The notes below the pieces were generated by a model. The model was not told where the DNA came from. It did not search any database and saw only the letters and a list, made by a program, of their open reading frames with translations. Below are positions 9,217 through 18,059 of a stretch of 64,000 bases of DNA, piece after piece (the first letter of the stretch is position 1; each line of letters begins with the position of its first letter). Position numbers and translations under genes: made by a program. Source of the stretch: an uncultured Candidatus Saccharibacteria bacterium (GTDB taxonomy: Bacteria; Patescibacteriota; Minisyncoccia; Phycocordibacterales; UBA918); the NCBI GenBank assembly GCA_964601615.1, contig CAZRNZ010000002.1, positions 207,431-271,430 on the forward strand. The letters are read 5' to 3'.

Positions 9217-9290
9217 GCAGTCGTAGCTCAACTGGTTAGAGCACCCGCCTGTCACGCGGGAGGTTGCGGGTTCGAGTCCCGTCGACTGCG
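9217..9290 (+). tRNA. tRNA-Asp (GTC)
   Basis: Acceptor GCAGTCG/CGACTGC, anticodon loop CTGTCAC, T-loop TTCGAGT. Confidence 0.85.
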
Positions 9291-9299
9291 CATTTAATA

Positions 9300-9328
9300 A
9301 AAAGGCCGCCCTACGGGCGGCCTTTTTA
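9300..9328. terminator. Bidirectional terminator
   Basis: GGCCGCCC-TAC-GGGCGGCC stem with T-runs on both strands. Confidence 0.65.
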
Positions 9329-9523
9329 TTAAATCCTTTCCTTAATAAGATTTTTAATCTCGGTTAAGTTAGCTTCTTTTTCACTCATTAATTTTTCCCA
9401 AAATACTTTTGTATTCTCATCACTACTAGCATCGTTTTGGTAATCTTTTTTAATTCGCCACAAAGAACGTGATTCTACTGTGTATTGGAGCATTAAGTTA
9501 TATAAATTATTGTCCATTTCCAT
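9329..9523 (-). CDS. Hypothetical small charged protein
   Basis: 64-aa ORF converging on the bidirectional terminator; no recognisable domain. Confidence 0.35.
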   Translation of the reverse strand: MEMDNNLYNLMLQYTVESRSLWRIKKDYQNDASSDENTKVFWEKLMSEKEANLTEIKNLIKERI

Positions 9524-9626
9524 AGTTAATTAATTAAATTTTTAAAATTATCCATTTAATAATAGCCCACAATTAATTTAAAAAGTTGATTCAAAGTGCA
9601 CAAAATTGTGTTATTATTTCCGGTAT

Positions 9627-10400
9627 ATGAATAGAAATAAGTTTTTACCAATTGTTCTGATTGTTGGAATAATTGTCTTAGCAGTAATTATTTTTTGGCA
9701 AGTTCTTGGTGGTAAAAGTTTCCTATCAGAACCTTGGAAGGGTGTAGCTGGTGAGCCTATCGATGTAGCTCTCAATTTTTATGATGATTGGCTAGCTGCT
9801 CGTTCCGGTGAAAGTGATCCTTTTACAACTGGTTTACTTAATTATGAACAGGTTGGTAAAGATCTTCGTGAACATCTAGCCACTTTTGAAGGACGTCTAG
9901 GTGAAGAAGGAGTAGAAGATCCTGTACTTTGTCAGATGGATGTTCCTCCAGGATTACGCACAATTCCTGTGTATACTCAAGATGAAGCCGCTCAGTTTAT
10001 TATTCGTTCAGCTGATCGGTCTTTGACCGGACAGGCTGTAGTAACTTTGGCTGCCCAGGATGGTTTGTGGCAGATTACCAATATTAGTTGTGGTGGTGCT
10101 GAATCTGCTCCACAAGGAGAATATTCTTTTGATAAGTCTGGTTTTCTTCTTAAACAAGTTCCAGAACCTTTAAATTCAGATTATTGGCACTTGGTATTCC
10201 AGGAAGCTGGAGTTCTTGGACATGCGGTTCCTCTATTTATCACTGATGACAGCGTTTGTGTACAGAAGAATGGTGATACAGCTGCTTGTAACGATGATGT
10301 ACTAAAGGAAACAATTCCTGCTCGTGTTATGGGAAGTATGTCAGAGTCTGGTGTTCAGGTAAAAAGAATAGAATTGGTGGATTCGGTTTCTATAGATTAA
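9627..10400 (+). CDS. Hypothetical membrane-anchored extracytoplasmic protein
   Basis: N-terminal TM (LPIVLIVGIIVLAVIIF). Second in-frame Met preferred over the 9606 start. Confidence 0.5.
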   Translation: MNRNKFLPIVLIVGIIVLAVIIFWQVLGGKSFLSEPWKGVAGEPIDVALNFYDDWLAARSGESDPFTTGLLNYEQVGKDLREHLATFEGRLGEEGVEDPVLCQMDVPPGLRTIPVYTQDEAAQFIIRSADRSLTGQAVVTLAAQDGLWQITNISCGGAESAPQGEYSFDKSGFLLKQVPEPLNSDYWHLVFQEAGVLGHAVPLFITDDSVCVQKNGDTAACNDDVLKETIPARVMGSMSESGVQVKRIELVDSVSID

Positions 10401-10413
10401 ATACTTTATTTTC

Positions 10414-10466
10414 TTGTGAATAATAAAAAAACATCTCGCTTTGAGATGTTTTTTTATTATTCACAA
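10414..10466. terminator. Long perfect palindrome / terminator
   Basis: 24-bp arms TTGTGAATAATAAAAAAACATCTC ... GAGATGTTTTTTTATTATTCACAA. Confidence 0.6.
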
Positions 10467-10510
10467 TAAGCAATAAAGAATAAGCATTCATACTATATAA
10501 TTCACATAAT

Positions 10511-11689
10511 ATGAAAATAAGCCTAAGTCTGATAACAAAAGTTATTTACATTACCTTAGCTATTGTGGCTGTTATCGCAATTGCTTTTATTTCTTTCAAT
10601 GCATATACAAAATACAAAGCAGGAGAGGGTATTATTTGGAGTACTCTAGATAGTGATCCTGAATTAAAAGCAAATCAGCAATATGTTAGTGGTGATAAAG
10701 ATGCTGAATTATCTGGCAAGTTATTCCTTTCGTTGGCACCAAATAACGACGATTCAATAATAATATCGCCTTTCATGTTTGACTTCGAAAGAGAAAGGAT
10801 TGTATACACTGAATTAGATAAATATGGTGAAGGTGAAAGTGACTATGGAATCACTAGAGACATAATGTTCTCACCAGATGGGAAGTGGGCAGCTTTCAAT
10901 GGTGTATCTGCTGCTGACGTTCAGTTAGGAGGCTGGGATTCAAGTTCACCAACAGCTTACCAGATGTACCTATCTCCAGTTAAAAATGCTACTGCTAGCG
11001 ACAAAGATAAATTCCAAGAAATCAAAGATAACGCTAAAAGAGTATCTTTCGTTTCAGGTAAAGCAAAAACATTAACTGGTGTTAACAACAACGGAGAAAT
11101 ACTAATGCATTCTCTTGATAACTATCCTGGCGATCAAAACCACATTAGGCCAGCAGAGGAATATACCATTAGATTAATCTCTTCTATGGGTGAAACAGTA
11201 ATTGGCAATGGTACTTATCCAAAATGGATTACCAATGACCTGATTGTTTATTTTAAAAATGATGGTGTTTACTGCAAGATTCTTAGTACTGGTTTAGAGC
11301 AAATGCTTATCCCATATGATAGCAATGTCTCAATTCAGATTAACTCCAAGATGGGTGTATCCAAAGACGGCAAACTCTTAGCTGTATCAATCCCGGACGC
11401 TAAGAGATTACATATATTTGATATTGATGTAACTAGCAATGTCAGCATCATCAGCCCTAAGGTAGACTTTGACGCTACTGGTTTCTGGCCAGTATTTTCA
11501 CCAGATAATAAATTCATTGCCCTGCAAGAAGTTGATTTGAATGCTTTTACCCCGATGAAGATAGCTATTGCTGATCCAAAACCATCCTTAAGTATCTGGC
11601 GATTAGATGATTTGAGCAAGGTTGAGTACAGTATCGATTTACGAGACTTTTACCAGACTCATATCTTTGTTAGTGATTGGGTAAAATAA
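10511..11689 (+). CDS. Hypothetical protein with PD40/TolB-like beta-propeller repeats
   Basis: N-terminal TM. Repeated FSPDGK / FSPDNK motifs. Confidence 0.5.
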   Translation: MKISLSLITKVIYITLAIVAVIAIAFISFNAYTKYKAGEGIIWSTLDSDPELKANQQYVSGDKDAELSGKLFLSLAPNNDDSIIISPFMFDFERERIVYTELDKYGEGESDYGITRDIMFSPDGKWAAFNGVSAADVQLGGWDSSSPTAYQMYLSPVKNATASDKDKFQEIKDNAKRVSFVSGKAKTLTGVNNNGEILMHSLDNYPGDQNHIRPAEEYTIRLISSMGETVIGNGTYPKWITNDLIVYFKNDGVYCKILSTGLEQMLIPYDSNVSIQINSKMGVSKDGKLLAVSIPDAKRLHIFDIDVTSNVSIISPKVDFDATGFWPVFSPDNKFIALQEVDLNAFTPMKIAIADPKPSLSIWRLDDLSKVEYSIDLRDFYQTHIFVSDWVK

Positions 11690-11698
11690 ATTATATAT

Positions 11699-12718
11699 AT
11701 GATAAATTATTTAAGAACCTTATCTGTCGATTCCATCAAGCCCTACATATTAATGGCCTTAGTATTGCTTGGTTTTGTATTTATTGTGTTAATGCCTAAT
11801 GTTTCTTGTGCACAAAGAAGTCTTTTGGATGATGATCCGCCAGCGTGTGGGAATGTTGGTGGTGGTGGGGGTGGTACATCTGTGATTAGTAATGACGATG
11901 ATAGTAATTGGACTTGCTGGGACTACGGCAATTGTCCTTGTGAATACTACGGCAATTGTCCTGCTCCAATTACTCCGCCACCACAACCTCCGCCAGTTGT
12001 TATTGTTACCGACCCCTGCTGGGCATTCGGCACTTGTCCTCCACCACCAAATGTTTGTATAGGTAACTGTGGTGGTACACGCCCTCCACCACCTCTACCA
12101 GGTGGAGGTGGTGGGGGACCAACCCAACCACCCGTCTACTATGACCCAATAGGTGACTGTCATAGTAGTGGTGGTTCATGGAGTGGAGGTAGTTGTTATT
12201 ACCCACCTCCACCTCCTTCAGTTAGCATCAGTGCTAACCCAAACAGAATCATTTATGGAGGCAACTCAGTTATTAGTTGGTCTGTATCTAGAGCAAATAG
12301 CTGTCTAGGAACAGGTGACTGGAGCGGTAGTAAGTCAGCTTCTGGCGGCTCTGAGTTAAGAACAGACATTAGATCAACCCTAGGATACTCACCATACAGA
12401 ATATCTTGTAGCGGAGAAGGTGGTAGTGCTAGTGCAAGTACTAATGTGGTAATTGAATACGGAGTAGGAGCAACACTGACTGTTGACAGAGAAGTTGTCC
12501 GACCTGGTGATACAGTTACATTAACCTACGACATTGGTACTAGCTTAGCTCACACTTGTACACTAAAGAAAGGTAGTATAGTTATTCTAGACAACCTACA
12601 ACAAACTGGTACATACAGAGACTTATTACAAAGAGGTGAAATCGATTACCTCTTAGACTGTCCAGGTAACCCTGCTTCAGCTAAGGTAAAGGTCTTACCA
12701 GAATTCCAAGAGACTTAA
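11699..12718 (+). CDS. Pro/Gly/Cys-rich secreted surface protein with Ig-like C-terminal domains
   Basis: Signal/TM segment, Gly6 runs, PPPP runs, repeated YGNCP motifs, then SISANP...ISW beta-rich repeats. Confidence 0.5.
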   Translation: MINYLRTLSVDSIKPYILMALVLLGFVFIVLMPNVSCAQRSLLDDDPPACGNVGGGGGGTSVISNDDDSNWTCWDYGNCPCEYYGNCPAPITPPPQPPPVVIVTDPCWAFGTCPPPPNVCIGNCGGTRPPPPLPGGGGGGPTQPPVYYDPIGDCHSSGGSWSGGSCYYPPPPPSVSISANPNRIIYGGNSVISWSVSRANSCLGTGDWSGSKSASGGSELRTDIRSTLGYSPYRISCSGEGGSASASTNVVIEYGVGATLTVDREVVRPGDTVTLTYDIGTSLAHTCTLKKGSIVILDNLQQTGTYRDLLQRGEIDYLLDCPGNPASAKVKVLPEFQET

Positions 12719-12736
12719 TTATTTAACTCGGTGATT

Positions 12737-12767
12737 AAAAACACAGACAGAATGTCTGTGTTTTTTA
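12737..12767 (+). terminator. Rho-independent terminator
   Basis: AAAAACACAGACA/TGTCTGTGTTTTT hairpin. Confidence 0.7.
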
Positions 12768-12830
12768 ATATTAATTAGTTTTAAAAACAGTTTTATTTAT
12801 GCTATCATTGCCGGCGTCTGAGTAACTAAT

Positions 12831-12915
12831 TTGTCGCTCAATCGCCAATGTAAGTAAATTTTCATTGGCATCATTCGGACAGGATGTAAGCTAGTCTTCC
12901 ACCTTGTCCTCAATC
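12831..12915 (+). promoter_or_regulatory. Conserved tRNA-upstream module (copy B)
   Basis: GCCAATG-N13-CATTGGC hairpin that mimics the tRNA-Thr acceptor stem, then CATTCGGAC and ATGTAAGCTAG. TCAATCGCCAATGTA is directly repeated at 12838 and 12909. Confidence 0.4.
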
Positions 12916-12988
12916 GCCAATGTAGCTCAGTCGGTAGAGCGCATCCATGGTAAGGATGAGGTCTCCGGTTCAATCCCGGACATTGGCT
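12916..12988 (+). tRNA. tRNA-Thr (GGT)
   Basis: Acceptor GCCAATG/CATTGGC, anticodon loop ATGGTAA, T-loop TTCAATC. Confidence 0.85.
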
Positions 12989-12994
12989 CAAAGA

Positions 12995-13032
12995 CACGAA
13001 AACCTGACCCTACGTCAGGTTTTCGTGCTTTG
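12995..13032 (+). terminator. Rho-independent terminator
   Basis: 14-bp stem CACGAAAACCTGAC/GTCAGGTTTTCGTG. Confidence 0.7.
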
Positions 13033-13100
13033 GGCCCGGACATACGTTGTGAGCTTGCGAACCATATGTCAGGGCGAATATTTGTTATTATGATATTTAA

Positions 13101-13976
13101 ATGACTAAAGAAGATATAGATTTAAGGGTGAAAGAAATAGAGTCCGCGATGTTGCAATCCGATTTTTGGTCGGACTCAAAAAAGGCGCAGGAAATGATTA
13201 AGGAACTTCAGTCACTCAAAGATGAATTAGAGGGTGGTGGTAAATACGATCGTTTGAGCGCACTTCTAACAATCGTGGCTGGGGCAGGAGGAGATGATGC
13301 CGAAGATTTTGCTCGTATTTTGCTCGAAATGTACCAGCGTTATGCTGAGCAAAAAGACTGGTCTGTTATTTTGATTGATGATAATCAAAATAATCATGGA
13401 GGTTATCGAAATGTTGTTATAGAAATATCTGGTAAAAATGCTTACGGAACTCTAAAGAAAGAAAGTGGGGTACACCGCTTGGTTCGTATTTCTCCATTTA
13501 ATGCCAACGATAAGCGTCAGACATCTTTTGCTTTAGTAGAAGTTTCTCCAGCAGTAGAAGAATTAAATACTGAAATATTTAAAGACGAAGACTTAGAAAT
13601 CAGCTTTGCTCGTTCTGGTGGAGCGGGTGGACAAAATGTAAACAAACGGGAGACAGCTGTACGTATTGTTCATTTACCAACCAATATTTCAGTTCATGTT
13701 TCTAGCGAAAGAAGTCAGCAGCAAAATCGCGAGAAAGCACTCAAGCTTTTGTCTGGAAAAGTCTTTGCTTGGCAAGAAGAACAAAGGGAAAGAGAATTGG
13801 CAGGCCTAGCAATAGAAAAATCTCTCAAGATTGAATGGGGAAGTCAGATTCGCTCTTACGTTCTTCATCCATATCAATTGGTTAAAGACCATCGGACAGA
13901 TACTGAAATACGTGATATTAACTCGGTTTTAGGAGGTAATATACAGCCTTTCATAGACTCGATGAAAGATATGTAA
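13101..13976 (+). CDS. prfB: Peptide chain release factor 2 (short form)
   Basis: SPF tripeptide (RISPFNAN) and GGQ motif ([10 protein letters not shown]). Only 291 aa; no frameshift site. Confidence 0.85.
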   Translation: MTKEDIDLRVKEIESAMLQSDFWSDSKKAQEMIKELQSLKDELEGGGKYDRLSALLTIVAGAGGDDAEDFARILLEMYQRYAEQKDWSVILIDDNQNNHGGYRNVVIEISGKNAYGTLKKESGVHRLVRISPFNANDKRQTSFALVEVSPAVEELNTEIFKDEDLEISFARSGGAGGQNVNKRETAVRIVHLPTNISVHVSSERSQQQNREKALKLLSGKVFAWQEEQRERELAGLAIEKSLKIEWGSQIRSYVLHPYQLVKDHRTDTEIRDINSVLGGNIQPFIDSMKDM

Positions 13977-13996
13977 TAAAATGTTTTAGTGACTAT

Positions 13997-14680
13997 ATGA
14001 TCTATTTTGATAAAGTTTCCAAGTGGTACAACGGCGGCGAGTCTGTAGCACTTGAAGATATTACTTTCCAAGTGGCGCCGCACGAATTTGTTTCTATTGT
14101 TGGTCACTCTGGTGCTGGCAAGTCTACTTTATTAAAAATGCTTATTGCAGAAGACTCACCTTCAGAAGGGAGTGTGTTTTATGAATCTCTTGATATTCAT
14201 AAAATCCCTCGTGGTCGTCTACCCAAATTTCGTCGCAAAATCGGTACTGTTTTTCAGGATTTTAAACTACTTCCTCATAAAACTGCTTTTGAAAACATTG
14301 CTTTTGCTATGGAGGCAAATGGTCGTTCTGATGAAGAGATTGCTGAGAACGTACCTCAAGCACTTTCTTTGGTGGACTTGGATGATAAGGCTTTTAATTT
14401 TCCTCACGAGCTATCTGGTGGTGAAAAACAGCGTGTAGCTATCGCTAGAGCGATTGTAAATCAGCCAGATATTATTATTGCCGATGAGCCAACAGGAAAC
14501 CTTGACCCAATTGCTACTTATGAGGTGGTACAGATTCTTCGTAAGATTAACGACCTTGGTACGACTGTAATTATGACAACCCACAACAAGGGTGTGATTG
14601 ATGAGCTTGGTCGCAGAGTTATCACTATGGACGGTGGTCGAATAGTGAAAGATGACTCTAGTGGTAAATATGTAATGTAG
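13997..14680 (+). CDS. ftsE: Cell division ATP-binding protein FtsE
   Basis: Walker A GHSGAGKST and ABC signature LSGGEKQR. Upstream of ftsX. Confidence 0.9.
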   Translation: MIYFDKVSKWYNGGESVALEDITFQVAPHEFVSIVGHSGAGKSTLLKMLIAEDSPSEGSVFYESLDIHKIPRGRLPKFRRKIGTVFQDFKLLPHKTAFENIAFAMEANGRSDEEIAENVPQALSLVDLDDKAFNFPHELSGGEKQRVAIARAIVNQPDIIIADEPTGNLDPIATYEVVQILRKINDLGTTVIMTTHNKGVIDELGRRVITMDGGRIVKDDSSGKYVM

Positions 14681-14698
14681 TTTTAATTTTGTTTTGTT

Positions 14699-15619
14699 AT
14701 GTGGGTAGCATTTAAGAGAATAGTAGTATCGGGAGCAGTAGGATTTTGGCGAAATGGTTTTGTTTCGTTGGCATCTGTTTTTGTAATGACAATTGCTTTG
14801 TTCGTGATTGGTGCAATCATCATGATTGACCAATTGCTTGGAGCTTCATTACAGCAAATTGAAAGCAAGGTTGATATTAACGTTTACTTTGCAGTGGAAG
14901 CAGTAGAAGAAGATATGCAGGCTGTGAAGTCTCGACTAGAGGCTCTACCTGAAGTTGCTGCTGTAACATATACTTCTAGAGAAGAAGCAATTGTTGCTTT
15001 CCGTGAAAGACATCGTGGCGATGAACTCACTATTCAGGCTCTAGAAGAACTTGGCGACAATCCTCTTGGAGCATCTTTGGCAGTAAGGGCTGCTTCAACC
15101 GACCAGTACGAAAGTATCGCTCGTTTCCTTGATGAACAGCAAGCTCAAGAGTCTCCCCAGTCTCCAGTAATTGACCGTGTTAACTTCGTTAAAAACAAAG
15201 AAGCAATTGAAAAGCTTGCTTCAATTATTGACGTGGTTGAACGTGCCAGCGTTATCACTATGGTGATATTAATTGTGGCTGCAGTAGTAATTACCTTCAA
15301 TACAATCCGCTTAGCAATCTACACAACTCGTGAGGAAATTGCAGTTATGCGTCTGGTGGGTGCTTCAAACACATTCATTCGTGGTCCATTCATGTTGCAG
15401 GGAATAATGTACGGCGCAATTGCTGGTATTCTGGCTTTGATAATAATGTATCCGATTCTTCTCTGGATTGGTCCAGGTACAGAGGCTTTCTTCCAGTTCA
15501 ATATCCTTAGCTACTTCCTAAGCAACTTCGGTTACGTATTCTTGGTTATTGTTGGATCTGGAATTGTACTAGGATTAATTTCTAGTGCTATGGCAGTTTC
15601 TCGATACTTGCGAGTTTAA
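14699..15619 (+). CDS. ftsX: Cell division permease-like protein FtsX
   Basis: 4-TM topology with a large periplasmic loop; follows ftsE. Confidence 0.85.
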   Translation: MWVAFKRIVVSGAVGFWRNGFVSLASVFVMTIALFVIGAIIMIDQLLGASLQQIESKVDINVYFAVEAVEEDMQAVKSRLEALPEVAAVTYTSREEAIVAFRERHRGDELTIQALEELGDNPLGASLAVRAASTDQYESIARFLDEQQAQESPQSPVIDRVNFVKNKEAIEKLASIIDVVERASVITMVILIVAAVVITFNTIRLAIYTTREEIAVMRLVGASNTFIRGPFMLQGIMYGAIAGILALIIMYPILLWIGPGTEAFFQFNILSYFLSNFGYVFLVIVGSGIVLGLISSAMAVSRYLRV

Positions 15620-15641
15620 TAAATCAATTGGTGGGAAAATA

Positions 15642-15668
15642 AGGCTGGTGCATTTCATGCACCAGCCT
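15642..15668. terminator. Bidirectional terminator
   Basis: AGGCTGGTGCAT-TTC-ATGCACCAGCCT hairpin. Confidence 0.65.
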
Positions 15669-16056
15669 CTGCTGTTTCTGTGTCCAAAACCATCGAAGAA
15701 ATTATCTCTTCAATCAAATTCTGTAAATCAGAAACTTCTTCAATATTGCAAACTTCTTGATTATCCAAAGTCGTTACAACTTTGAGAGTGTTGTGTTTAA
15801 CAACCAAATTTTTTGTTAGTTTTGAATTAGAAATACGAAAATGGATTTCTGGACAACCAGAATTTATCACGCACCCACGCCTGATAAAAATATTCTTCTT
15901 CCGCCATACAAGAATGTCATTAGGATCAATAACTTGCCTAATAATAGCCATTTCTTTTGGGCGTTCAGATTCTGGTGTACCAGCTTGTAGTTCTTTCTTT
16001 GGAAGAGAAAGAACTTTAATCATAAGTCCAGAGAGCGAACTCATTTTTGCCTCCAT
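15655..16056 (-). CDS. Hypothetical protein (CxxxxxC motif)
   Basis: 133-aa ORF ending at the bidirectional terminator. The overlapping plus-strand ORFs look less protein-like. Confidence 0.35.
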   Translation of the reverse strand: MEAKMSSLSGLMIKVLSLPKKELQAGTPESERPKEMAIIRQVIDPNDILVWRKKNIFIRRGCVINSGCPEIHFRISNSKLTKNLVVKHNTLKVVTTLDNQEVCNIEEVSDLQNLIEEIISSMVLDTETAEAGA

Positions 16057-16238
16057 TAAATAGGGAACCTTGCCTAGACAATAATACTCTTTATTTATTT
16101 TCTTTCAAGAATTGTCCTTTTTAGAAAGGCTGAAAAAAAACTATTTCTATGATAAAGTACTTCGACCCAAGAGGGTAAGTTGCTAGATAAGCCAATTCCG
16201 TAGATTGTTTATTTGGCACAAAATAAGAAATAAATATT

Positions 16239-16308
16239 GCCGGATCGTCTAAAGGTAGGACACATGGTTTTGGTCCATGGTATCGGGGTTCGAGTCCCTG
16301 TCCGGCAG
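16239..16308 (+). tRNA. tRNA-Gln (TTG)
   Basis: Acceptor GCCGGAT/GTCCGGC, anticodon loop TTTTGGT, T-loop TTCGAGT. Short D-arm. Confidence 0.7.
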
Positions 16309-16313
16309 CAGAG

Positions 16314-16345
16314 AAAAAACACCTTTTAAGGTGTTTTTTGTTTTA
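16314..16345 (+). terminator. Rho-independent terminator
   Basis: AAAAACACC-TTTTAA-GGTGTTTTTT hairpin. Confidence 0.65.
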
Positions 16346-16401
16346 CGTAAGTAATTTTAGGTTAAACATTATAAATCTATTAAAATAGATTTATAGCAAT
16401 C

Positions 16402-17109
16402 TTATTTCACTACATGAATAGTTGGTAATTGTTTGGTCGGATATTTTGCAATTGTTCTCAGTAATCCGTAAATGGTTAGAATAAAAGCGGTATTCTCTAG
16501 ACCTTCTTCAAGAGCATTGAGCGCTCGGTAAATGAAGTCTGTTTGAAAATTTTGCGCCTCCCAATATGAGCCAGATATCATCTCTGTACCAATTGCGCCA
16601 AATAAAGATAATGCAGCTAACCCAAAAATAATTTTTGATGAAGTCGGAAGTTGCAGGAAGAATCGTAGTAATGAAAGACAGATGATTAAACAAATCGCAA
16701 TTCCAGGAATTACCCAAGCAAAGAAAAATGCTCCTTCGGTAATTCCAAATATCTGTTGCATTGGCTCAGTGGCTAGTTCGTGTAGAGATGAGCCTTCATC
16801 GATGCTGGCAAATAAAAATAAGATTGCTAGAAAATCCCAAGTTTTTGAAAAAAGTTCTTTAGCACTACGAGTAGCGAGAGCAATGTAGGCGAAGAGGCCA
16901 GAAGTTAATAGTAATAGGGATTGAGAAAACCAAGTTGGTACACTAACTTCTTCATCCATATTAAATCTTGCAGTAATTTGGTTTAACAATGAAGATAATT
17001 CACTATTGATGGCAAAATATTGAAAGACAAGATGAAGACTAATTAAAGTCAGATTTATTCCAATAAGAAAAAAGAAGACACCTTTGGCCGAGATATTCAA
17101 GATATTCAT
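16402..17109 (-). CDS. Hypothetical polytopic membrane protein
   Basis: Multiple hydrophobic helices. 235 aa. Confidence 0.5.
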   Translation of the reverse strand: MNILNISAKGVFFFLIGINLTLISLHLVFQYFAINSELSSLLNQITARFNMDEEVSVPTWFSQSLLLLTSGLFAYIALATRSAKELFSKTWDFLAILFLFASIDEGSSLHELATEPMQQIFGITEGAFFFAWVIPGIAICLIICLSLLRFFLQLPTSSKIIFGLAALSLFGAIGTEMISGSYWEAQNFQTDFIYRALNALEEGLENTAFILTIYGLLRTIAKYPTKQLPTIHVVK

Positions 17110-17206
17110 AAAGGGCCTAGTATGCCAGACATCACCCTAGAGTCAATAATTTTTTATTGTTGATTAACTTGCTATTAATAATTTTTGTTGTGATATATTT
17201 GAACTA

Positions 17207-17515
17207 ATGTATTACGCAACTCCTACTGATTACGCAGTTATGTTAAATGACGCTTTGATGCAGGTTGGGGTTGAGACTGAACTCGAGCATTTTGATGGTC
17301 ATAAACATGTAGATATTTTCCTTCCCAAAGGGAATATTTATATAGAAGTTGATGGTGGTCACCACTATACAAGACCCGCACAGATTATCTCTGATTTTTA
17401 TAGAAATAAATATTCAACAATAGATGGGTTTCGTACAATTCATATTCCTAATTCAGCTATTGAAGAAAATGCTATGAAGATTGCTAGAGCGTTTAAGAAA
17501 ATACTGGATTCCTAA
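17207..17515 (+). CDS. DUF559 / Vsr-like PD-(D/E)xK endonuclease-domain protein
   Basis: HVDIFLP...IYIEVDGGHH matches the D..(E)xDGxxH core of DUF559. Confidence 0.5.
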   Translation: MYYATPTDYAVMLNDALMQVGVETELEHFDGHKHVDIFLPKGNIYIEVDGGHHYTRPAQIISDFYRNKYSTIDGFRTIHIPNSAIEENAMKIARAFKKILDS

Positions 17516-17554
17516 TTTTGATAACAAAGTAATTAATAAGTTAAAAATAATTTT

Positions 17555-18016
17555 ATGCAAAAGATTACACCAAATTTGTGGTTCAAGGGAAATGCAGAAG
17601 AAGCGGTGAATTTTTATTTGTCTATATTTCCAGATGGAAAAATTATTACTACTTCGTATTATCCCACCGAAGGACTTTTGGATTTTCAACAACCTTTTGC
17701 AGGAAAGCTTTTGACAATAAATTTTTCTATTCTCGGTCACGAATTTATTGCCATCAATGCTGGCAATGATTACACTTTTAATGAGTCAGTTTCATTTAAT
17801 ATTTTCTGTAAAGATCAGGCTGAAATAGATTATTACTGGGACAAGATTACCTCAGACGGCGGAGAGGAAAATGCTTGCGGCTGGTGCAAGGATAAATACG
17901 GTTTGTCTTGGCAAATTAATCCAGAAAATATCGAGGAACTAATGCTTAAACCTGGAGCTTGGGAAAGAATATTACAGATGAAGAAGGTTGATATCAAAAC
18001 TCTTTCTGGTGAATAG
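17555..18016 (+). CDS. VOC/PhnB-like protein (3-demethylubiquinone-9 methyltransferase-like fold)
   Basis: MQKITPNLWFKGNAEEAVNFY ... GWCKDKYGLSWQI pattern typical of PhnB-like proteins. Confidence 0.65.
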   Translation: MQKITPNLWFKGNAEEAVNFYLSIFPDGKIITTSYYPTEGLLDFQQPFAGKLLTINFSILGHEFIAINAGNDYTFNESVSFNIFCKDQAEIDYYWDKITSDGGEENACGWCKDKYGLSWQINPENIEELMLKPGAWERILQMKKVDIKTLSGE

Positions 18017-18059
18017 ATTGATTGTTTCTGTGTAGCCTGATATCGTGCTGGGAAAGTAA

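Noticed and set aside
12797-13104. Two 66-aa ORFs (12797-12997 minus, 12904-13104 plus)
   Set aside because: Both overlap tRNA-Thr and its terminator; artefacts of the ORF finder.
13101-13976. Programmed +1 frameshift in prfB
   Set aside because: The RF2 ORF is continuous from its ATG with no CUU-UGA-C site and no upstream +1-frame RF2-like segment.
14145-14868. ORFs 14145-14438 (+), 14411-14833 (-), 14683-14868 (-)
   Set aside because: Alternative-frame or antisense ORFs within ftsE/ftsX, whose own frames have strong ABC/FtsX signatures.
15585-16063. Plus-strand ORFs 15585-15785 and 15782-16063
   Set aside because: They overlap the minus-strand 133-aa ORF, which ends cleanly at the bidirectional terminator and has the more protein-like composition. 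Strand assignment remains uncertain.
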